This document shows positions 57,203 through 64,000 of a DNA stretch of 64,000 nt, piece by piece. The translations under genes and the position numbers were made by a program. Within the stretch, counting starts at the first letter, position 1. Each line of letters begins with the position of its first letter. The notes beneath the pieces are model-generated. The model had not been told where the DNA came from and did no database searches. It was given only the letters and a program-made list of their open reading frames with translations. Origin of the DNA: Deltaproteobacteria bacterium (GTDB lineage: Bacteria > Desulfobacterota > GWC2-55-46 > UBA9637 > GWC2-42-11); assembly GCA_016234925.1 (NCBI GenBank), contig JACRNI010000011.1:2666-66665 (forward strand), written 5' to 3'.

Positions 57203-58756
57203 CTACGACTTACTGAAGAAATTCTTGACGGTCTTGAGCATTATATTAAAGAACGTTCCCACATGCCTTACCATGCGTCTGAAGAATATATCGAAGAATG
57301 CTATCATATATAGTTTGCGGTGTGCAGATTTCATGTAGACGTTGAAGTGCCTGAATAGCGAGAACATAGGGTCGAAGTACATTGGAAGCGCGGTAAACCT
57401 CAGAAAAAGCGTCATCGCTAATATACTCATATTCTTATTGTGTTTGCACAGTTTGAACCTTGGGTCTACTATCTGCTTATAAGGTGTGCTACCCAGATAA
57501 AGAGAATATTCCTCTTTTGTGAGTTTTGGATGGACGTACTCCTCGTATATCTCGGTACCGAGGAGAGGCACGGTCACGAAGAAGCCGTAATTCGTAGCTT
57601 TTATCTTTTTGGCAAGGCAGACAGTATGATTCATGTCCTCTTCCGTTTCCGTTGGAGTGTTTATCATGAAGTTTGCGAAGGTCCTGATGCCATATTTTCT
57701 GCATATGCCGAAGGCTCGCTCCACCTGCTCCACAGTTATCCCCTTTTTCATCAAATTAAGTATCCTTTGCGAGCCGCTCTCAACCCCGAATTCAGCCTGC
57801 ACGCAACCTGCGTTCGCAATCGCCTCAGCCATCTGCTCTGTAAATATATTTACACGCGTCTGGATGCCCCATATAAGATGGTGTAATTTGCGTTTTTTAA
57901 GTCCTTCGCAAAACTCTGCTACCCTTGCATTTGAAGTTGTAAAAGAATCATCATTTACAAAAAAACTATCTATCTTGTATTCATGATAAAGATACTCTAT
58001 CTCGTCCAGCACCTTCTCTATCGGCCTGCACCTAAACCTCTTGTTGTAATGATGCACCTCCCAGAGCGTGGGATTGCCGCAGTATGTACAATTGCATGGA
58101 CACCCTCTTGTGGTCTGGACGTCTACGCCAGAAAAGATGCTGTAACGAATGATACTTGTTCTTGGCATTGTGTAAAAATTCATATCCAAAAGGTGATAGG
58201 CCGGCATCGGCAGAATACTTAAATCTTCGATCACGCGTCTGGGGGCGGTTGTTATCTTTTCTCCCCTGTAAAAACTAAGCCCCGGTATACCAGATGGGTC
58301 TTTCCCGTTTTCAAGACACTCTATAATCTCGTATAGAGTTACCTCTCCTTCACCAAGGACACAAAAATCCACAAGTGTGCCCTCGTAGATAAAGTCGGTA
58401 GGGTAGAACGTCGGGTGGTGGCCGCCGACTATTATCTTTCCCTTATAGCCGAGTTCGCGGATCTTCTTTATCATCCTTGTAACACAGTAGAACTCGGCGC
58501 TTAAGCACGTAAAGCCGACGTAGGGGGCGTTTACCCTCACTATCTCCCTGACGGTCTTCTCCTCTATTGCTGCCTCGTCGATTCTTAGGATGTCACTTTT
58601 GAAATCGATTATACTGCACCTTACTCCCCTCTCCTCGAGAAAACCAGCAAGGTAGATGCACGGGAACGGCACTATATGTGAGTATGCCCTCGTAGGCGGG
58701 CTTACCAAGACAATATCAAATTTTCTCGTTATATCTTTTCTAATCATAAAAAGCAC
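57203..58756 (-). CDS. B12-binding domain radical SAM protein
   Basis: 517 aa; TTRGCPCNCTYC motif preceded by Rossmann B12-binding domain. Confidence 0.8.
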   Translation of the reverse strand: MLFMIRKDITRKFDIVLVSPPTRAYSHIVPFPCIYLAGFLEERGVRCSIIDFKSDILRIDEAAIEEKTVREIVRVNAPYVGFTCLSAEFYCVTRMIKKIRELGYKGKIIVGGHHPTFYPTDFIYEGTLVDFCVLGEGEVTLYEIIECLENGKDPSGIPGLSFYRGEKITTAPRRVIEDLSILPMPAYHLLDMNFYTMPRTSIIRYSIFSGVDVQTTRGCPCNCTYCGNPTLWEVHHYNKRFRCRPIEKVLDEIEYLYHEYKIDSFFVNDDSFTTSNARVAEFCEGLKKRKLHHLIWGIQTRVNIFTEQMAEAIANAGCVQAEFGVESGSQRILNLMKKGITVEQVERAFGICRKYGIRTFANFMINTPTETEEDMNHTVCLAKKIKATNYGFFVTVPLLGTEIYEEYVHPKLTKEEYSLYLGSTPYKQIVDPRFKLCKHNKNMSILAMTLFLRFTALPMYFDPMFSLFRHFNVYMKSAHRKLYMIAFFDIFFRRMVRHVGTFFNIMLKTVKNFFSKS

Positions 58757-58818
58757 ACACGCTCAAAGAAATATAGGCAAATCATAGCACATTTCGCGGC
58801 ATGCCTGCACATATCTCT

Positions 58819-60282
58819 TTAAACCCTCGCCTCTATCATTGATTTCATCCAGATAGGCATTATCCTGCTCATAAGGAACAATATGGAAAAATAGATGATA
58901 AGACCCAAGGATGCACCAAGCCATATATTCATGATTGAATCCTGTTTAAGATACGCAAACATTGCTATGGCGGAGACCAGGGGGCAAAACAGGATTTTGA
59001 ATACGGGTATCTCGACGATATTCTTCATAACTATGAAATAAAACAAGAATGTCACGAGATCCGCTCCCACCTTTGCTATCGCTGCACCAACGCCGCTCCA
59101 GACAGGTATCAAAGCGATATTTAGAATTATATTCAAAACAGCTGTTGTCAATGCACCCCATATTATATAACGCTGTTTGCCGCATACAATAAGTGTTCTG
59201 ATGTAGGTATTGACAACACCCCCCACAACAGGCCACCATAACAGTATGCCAAGGACAGCAGTGCCTCCAATAAATTTCTCTCCGTAGAGCATCTTAATTA
59301 TATCACCGGCAAGGTAATTACCAGCCACTGCAAGAGGGAGGAAGAAGGTTAGTATGCCTCCAATCGATGTATTTATAATCCTCCTGAGCATATCAGTATT
59401 ATCCATGGCGGCTCTTGATATCGTCGGGAATATTGCATTAAGATAATATACTATCCCCACTGTTATGAGCACTACCGGCTTAAATGCTGCGCTGAATACA
59501 CCCGCCTCACCCTCTCCTTTCCACAAAAAAAGCATGGTTGAATCAAAATAGAGCATAACCCAACCAAGCATTATCGACAAGCCAATCGGAAGTGAATCCT
59601 TTAAAAAAGACCTGTACGCAGGGAGGTCTATTTTCAGACCAGGGAAACCAAATGACTTTACATAAAAAAACAATAAGATTATGGCAGGCACCAGCCTTGA
59701 CAAAAAATAGATTATGGAAACAAGAACGATATCTTCATGACCTGTGGTGAAAAAAAATACCCCCAATATGAATACGACCGCCTTGATTATCGAACCTGCC
59801 GCAACAAATTGCATCCGCTCAAGCCCCTGGAAGACCCAGTCAACAAAAAACGCTGCGCAAAAAAGTGCAAGACCGTATATGACGGTCACATACTTTGTAA
59901 CAAGTGGCTTATCCAGAAAGATAACAAAGACAGTAAGCAAGACAAAACTCGCAAAGGCGAGCAGCAACCTCATTGAAACGATGGTGCCGACAAGGTAATC
60001 TGTTTTTCCTCTGTCTTTCGCAACATCTCTCATGCCGATATAATCAAGTCCAAGGCTAGTAACTCCGACAAAGAACGTCAAAACCCCTTCCGCAAAATTT
60101 ATGATCCCAAAATTATGCGGGCCAAGGGTGCGCGCAAGATACGCGATGGCAAAGAATAAAATCAAACCGCTTACGCCTTCTCCTATAAAAAGAAAAAAGA
60201 TATTGCGTAATATTCTCTTCTTATTGGAAGTCATCCACTCCCTCACAAAAGTCCGGCACTGTTTTATTTCTTCCGCCTGCAA
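58819..60282 (-). CDS. Polysaccharide flippase (Wzx/MOP superfamily)
   Basis: 487 aa; about 14 TM helices with MOP-type duplicated topology. Confidence 0.7.
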   Translation of the reverse strand: MQAEEIKQCRTFVREWMTSNKKRILRNIFFLFIGEGVSGLILFFAIAYLARTLGPHNFGIINFAEGVLTFFVGVTSLGLDYIGMRDVAKDRGKTDYLVGTIVSMRLLLAFASFVLLTVFVIFLDKPLVTKYVTVIYGLALFCAAFFVDWVFQGLERMQFVAAGSIIKAVVFILGVFFFTTGHEDIVLVSIIYFLSRLVPAIILLFFYVKSFGFPGLKIDLPAYRSFLKDSLPIGLSIMLGWVMLYFDSTMLFLWKGEGEAGVFSAAFKPVVLITVGIVYYLNAIFPTISRAAMDNTDMLRRIINTSIGGILTFFLPLAVAGNYLAGDIIKMLYGEKFIGGTAVLGILLWWPVVGGVVNTYIRTLIVCGKQRYIIWGALTTAVLNIILNIALIPVWSGVGAAIAKVGADLVTFLFYFIVMKNIVEIPVFKILFCPLVSAIAMFAYLKQDSIMNIWLGASLGLIIYFSILFLMSRIMPIWMKSMIEARV

Positions 60283-60421
60283 TATCCGGGTTACACCGGC
60301 ATATCGGGCAATCGTGTACCAACGTCACCGGGGGAAAGATTGACACCAAAATTAGTTTTTATACCTGAACATGCAACGTCGGCCTTATTCGGCTGAGCCA
60401 CCCTGCCACATCAGAACGGGT

Positions 60422-61492
60422 TTACTTATCAAGCGCCGCCAATCCGATATTCCCTTCCCCGTTACTATCAAATCCTGAATAAAACAAATACAATCTTCCA
60501 TCTTTCACGGCCGCGTGAGGAGCAACCAGTATTTTATCGTCAAAAGAACCCTTCTTGCCGGCGTTAATAACGGGATTACCCACAAACTTTTCCCATTTCA
60601 TCAGATCAGCCGAGTAAGCGATACCTACACCGTAACAGTTCATGGAATTCTCGCCCTCGTAAAACAAGACGTATCCATCAGCCAATTTAATCACACTGAT
60701 TACTTCAGCGCACCGCTCATCCCATGCGCTCTTGCCTCCGGCTTTCAGTATTGGATTGCTTTTATGTCTCTCCCAACCCCTTAAGTCTGATGAAAAAGCC
60801 AGACCGCTGCACACCTTTTTCCCATCCGTAGCTGAATAGTACATCCAGTATTGTCCGTTAACCCTGTATATTTTTGGAGCAAATACACCCATTGATTCCC
60901 AAAGGTTCTGCTCCTCTTTTGTAAAAATGGGATTCTTATCATTTTCATTCCATCTGATGCCATCCACAGAAGTCGCAAATCCGATACTGCGGTTATAGGC
61001 ATGAACGGCTGCCTGAGGCAGATTGGGAAACAAGTATAAATCCCATATCTTTTTGACAAACTTCATGTTACGGACAAACCCAAGCCCCCTGCTGTTTACT
61101 TTTTTCTGTATCCTATAAAGCCAATGAGGGGAAGATGTTGCCTCATAGAACAGATAATAAATGCCATCCTTGCTGCTTACAAAAGGCCCATCCGGCTTCT
61201 CCCCCCATTTGATCATGCTCTGTGTGAGTACCATATCCCTTTTTTCCCAGTGTTCAAGGTCTCTTGAATTGGCTAGACCAATCGCCCAGTTCCTGTCTCT
61301 GTTTTGCCCCATATAATAAAGGAAAAATTTTCCCCCATCTCTTTCTAAGACAAAAGGGCTTGCCACCACTCTCTCATCAAAATTGCCGGGATCGCCTTTT
61401 TTAAAAACAGGCGATGAATACCTTATCCATTTTGAACTCACGAATTCTTTGTAACTCAAATTATATTCTGGAATAAGACCGTCTCGCATCAA
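60422..61492 (-). CDS. Glycoside hydrolase/phosphorylase with five-bladed beta-propeller repeats (GH43/GH130-like)
   Basis: 356 aa; four repeats of the xGLAxSxDLxxWEK blade motif (WAIGLANSRDLEHWEK, CSGLAFSSDLRGWER, GVGIAYSADLMKWEK). Confidence 0.5.
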   Translation of the reverse strand: MMRDGLIPEYNLSYKEFVSSKWIRYSSPVFKKGDPGNFDERVVASPFVLERDGGKFFLYYMGQNRDRNWAIGLANSRDLEHWEKRDMVLTQSMIKWGEKPDGPFVSSKDGIYYLFYEATSSPHWLYRIQKKVNSRGLGFVRNMKFVKKIWDLYLFPNLPQAAVHAYNRSIGFATSVDGIRWNENDKNPIFTKEEQNLWESMGVFAPKIYRVNGQYWMYYSATDGKKVCSGLAFSSDLRGWERHKSNPILKAGGKSAWDERCAEVISVIKLADGYVLFYEGENSMNCYGVGIAYSADLMKWEKFVGNPVINAGKKGSFDDKILVAPHAAVKDGRLYLFYSGFDSNGEGNIGLAALDK

Positions 61493-61637
61493 GTTCCTCC
61501 ACTAAAAAACACCACGAAAAAAATTAAGGACTGCGTTACGCCGCAAAAGGCAATAAACTTACAGGTTAAGCATACGGCAGAGAAAATCCGGTTACGGACA
61601 TACAGCGTTTCCATCGGCGATTAGAGCCGGTAAATCA

Positions 61638-63176
61638 TCACATGTTTTTCCAAAAAAGTATCCATTTCCGCATTCTCGGGGTAAGCATTTTTACAATCTT
61701 ATGATACAGATTCATCTTAAGCAAAACAGAGCGCAGGAACACGAAGCATGCATGTATCTGATATATAATGGCTGCCTTTTTCTCATATTTAAAAACAAGC
61801 CGGGTCACATCGAAGTGCGCGCGTAGTCCGCGCCTGGAATATATCAGCCTGTCAAACCGCCTCGTGGCTATCAATGCCCTTTCAAAGACCTCTATTCTCT
61901 TCTTGACGGGATAATACTCGGTATCAAAATTCAGGCTGCCCTCGTCTATAAAGGTCATTGAAGCGTCTTTATAATCACTCAATATACGGCCGTTCCTCTT
62001 GACCCATTCATACATCTCGGTCTTCGGATAGGCGTTCGCTATTGTCCAGTACGTATTTATTCCGAGTTGACGTGCAACCTCTATGGAACGGATGTCCTTC
62101 TCGTAAGTGCTGCCAGGGAGTCCGATTATCAGAAATATCTGCGTATTTATATCGGCATTCCTGACCTTGTTGATGGACTCGATAGTCTTTTCAAGGCTGA
62201 CGCCTTTCCTCAAAATATTTCTGACATCCGAGTCTATGCTTTCCACGCCTATAGCGATACTCTGCACCCTGGCCCTCTTTATTAAATCTATGAACTCGTC
62301 ATCTATCATATCCGCCCTGACACCGGCTAGAAAATCAATTATCAGGTCGCCTGCTTCCTCAGCCATAAGCTTCAATATCTCTTTGGCCCTTTTTAAATCA
62401 AGGTTGAAGTTATCCTCCATGAAGTTGACTCTTTTGATTTTGTACTTCTTCCTGGCATAATTAATCTCTTCCAAAACGCTCCGCGGCGATCTCATCCTCC
62501 ACTTCTTTCCCGAAACGATCGGTGAAAGGCAGAAGGTACACGAGTAAGGACAGCCGCGGCTGGTCACAATCGGGTAGGAAGGGATGATCCCGTTATTCGC
62601 AATAACGGAAGTGAAGCCGTCATATACCGGGAACGGAATAGAATCAAGGTCTTTGACAAATTCATTCTGGGGGGACATCACTATTTTTCCGTTATCACGA
62701 TATGCTATCCCATTAATGGACTCCAACTTCCTGCTGCCAGAGAAGTACTCGTAGAGGTCCTGAATAGTATATTCCGCTTCCCCGATAACACCGATATCGG
62801 TCATGGTCTCGTTCATGAAGTCCAATCCATCAATGCTCAGATGCGACCCTCCGGCAATGACCGTAATCTGATGGTAATTAGTCTTAAGGAACGCTATCAG
62901 TTCCTGGGATTGGCGAAAAAACGTGCTTCTTACAGACACACCGATAACATCGGGAGCAAACCGCCCAATGACCGTCCTCAGATAACCATAATCAATGCAT
63001 TCAGGCATTTTGACAAAACCAGCCGTATCCGCCTTTATATTCACATTGCGCAGATCAAGAACGCTTACCTCGCAAGGCTTTCCTGAAAGCATTGCGGCCA
63101 GCGAGGCAAGACCGTTATGCAGTCCCAAGGATTGCGACGGCTGATCGATAAACAAAATCCTCATATTCCCCTTCAA
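61638..63176 (-). CDS. B12-binding domain radical SAM protein
   Basis: 512 aa; TSRGCPYSCTFC motif after B12-binding domain. Confidence 0.8.
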   Translation of the reverse strand: MKGNMRILFIDQPSQSLGLHNGLASLAAMLSGKPCEVSVLDLRNVNIKADTAGFVKMPECIDYGYLRTVIGRFAPDVIGVSVRSTFFRQSQELIAFLKTNYHQITVIAGGSHLSIDGLDFMNETMTDIGVIGEAEYTIQDLYEYFSGSRKLESINGIAYRDNGKIVMSPQNEFVKDLDSIPFPVYDGFTSVIANNGIIPSYPIVTSRGCPYSCTFCLSPIVSGKKWRMRSPRSVLEEINYARKKYKIKRVNFMEDNFNLDLKRAKEILKLMAEEAGDLIIDFLAGVRADMIDDEFIDLIKRARVQSIAIGVESIDSDVRNILRKGVSLEKTIESINKVRNADINTQIFLIIGLPGSTYEKDIRSIEVARQLGINTYWTIANAYPKTEMYEWVKRNGRILSDYKDASMTFIDEGSLNFDTEYYPVKKRIEVFERALIATRRFDRLIYSRRGLRAHFDVTRLVFKYEKKAAIIYQIHACFVFLRSVLLKMNLYHKIVKMLTPRMRKWILFWKNM

Positions 63177-63238
63177 ATAGCCATCCTCCGTTCTTCGGAA
63201 TCAAGCATGCCTTTTCCTCACGGCAGGTATAGCCCGCG

Positions 63239-64000
63239 TTAATGCCAGCCATACGGGTAATAACATGCCTTGCATGGTAATTCAGCGCAGCCATTCTTTA
63301 AACCCTTTCTGAGTTCCCGGTATTTCCTGTTATTCCAGATATCCAGCACATTTTCTTCATTCACATTACCCATGAGAAGCGAGGGACAGTCCACAACCCC
63401 CTCGCAAAACTTTCCGTCTTTTACGTAAAAAAAGCATGGCTTTGGGAAACGGAAATGCGTGCAAGCAGATACATCGCCGTTGTTATAAAAGACCATCACC
63501 TGCCATGGAGCGCAACAGGTCATGTATTTGGTCGGCAAATGAATCTCCGGCAGCCTCGCTTCCAATCGTAGCGCCTTCGCCTGCCTTCTTATCTGCTCAA
63601 AGATCCCCTGCAGGACACTACGGTCGATTTTCAAAATAGAATTTTCCACACTCTCCTTGTTATGCACCAGCAAACCGGTGAAGTACACTCTTTCAATGCC
63701 TTCTTTTGCGGCAAATTCCATGACACGAGGCAGTTCTTCCACGTTCTTCTTCTGGATAACGTAGTTGATGGCAATAACAGGCAACATTGACCTGCGCTCT
63801 TTTTTCAATGAAACCAAGCGCCTTATGGCATTCATGACAATGTCATAATCTGTACCCCTCTTGATATTCTCGTAAAGTTCCGGCTCTATGCTGTCAATGG
63901 AGATGAATACCATATCAGTTTTTTCCGTGAAGACTTTTTGTATATGATCCTCACTCATCAACATGGCGTTCGTGAAAAAACAAGTCCGCGCACCTGCGTC
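63239..64000 (-). CDS. Radical SAM protein, SPASM-domain C-terminal part (N-terminus beyond window end)
   Basis: C-terminal cysteine-rich SPASM-like region CCAPWQ...CTHF...CEGVVDC...CKACYYP; radical SAM TIM barrel upstream runs off the window. Confidence 0.7.
   Translation of the reverse strand, partial: DAGARTCFFTNAMLMSEDHIQKVFTEKTDMVFISIDSIEPELYENIKRGTDYDIVMNAIRRLVSLKKERRSMLPVIAINYVIQKKNVEELPRVMEFAAKEGIERVYFTGLLVHNKESVENSILKIDRSVLQGIFEQIRRQAKALRLEARLPEIHLPTKYMTCCAPWQVMVFYNNGDVSACTHFRFPKPCFFYVKDGKFCEGVVDCPSLLMGNVNEENVLDIWNNRKYRELRKGLKNGCAELPCKACYYPYGWH

Noticed and set aside
1-64000. tRNA, rRNA or tmRNA genes
   Set aside because: No GGTTCGAATCC-type T-arm motifs with matching acceptor stems, and no rRNA-like conserved blocks, were seen on either strand.

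Overview
This is a gene-dense, almost entirely minus-strand bacterial chromosomal window with no rRNA, tRNA or CRISPR, and the gene content suggests an anaerobic or thermophilic lineage. I see three functional blocks.

1. Positions 1-9155: a GNAT/methyltransferase run, then three ATP-grasp ligases fused to a polyamine module (pyruvoyl arginine decarboxylase, agmatinase, deoxyhypusine-synthase-like) and a lytic transglycosylase.

2. Positions 9571-23313: a roughly 14 kb co-directional sulfur array, read here 3' to 5' along the minus strand. It holds sat, cysH-type APS reductase, a GAF-GGDEF protein, cysC, a USP-like protein, an anion permease, an unusual radical-SAM-like protein, a ThiF/MoeZ E1, a JAMM protease, CysM and CysK. 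It continues with a NIL-domain protein, a ThiS/CysO-like carrier ending GG-MF, TusA, a small siroheme sulfite reductase and a ThrC-like PLP enzyme. A SAM-I riboswitch with its terminator precedes the ThrC-like gene. This looks like a protein-thiocarboxylate-dependent Cys/Met biosynthesis system.

3. Positions 23881-64000: nadB-yjbQ, DUF116, the priA-def-fmt operon, PilZ, TPR proteins and a rib operon (ribE-ribBA-ribH-nusB) interrupted by a HEPN/nucleotidyltransferase pair. This is followed by a polysaccharide locus (priming sugar transferase, GT4/GT9, Wzy-like, Wzx, sugar nucleotidyltransferase, epimerase, three B12-radical-SAM enzymes and a SPASM radical SAM) containing decayed IS30 and IS5 remnants.

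The window is also full of small structured repeats. There are three MITE-like families with terminal inverted repeats, a REP-like two-hairpin element, a UUCG-tetraloop hairpin element and word-hairpin intercistronic elements. Several GC-rich repeats sit in-frame inside conserved housekeeping genes (pyrK-like, ddl-like, agmatinase, priA).
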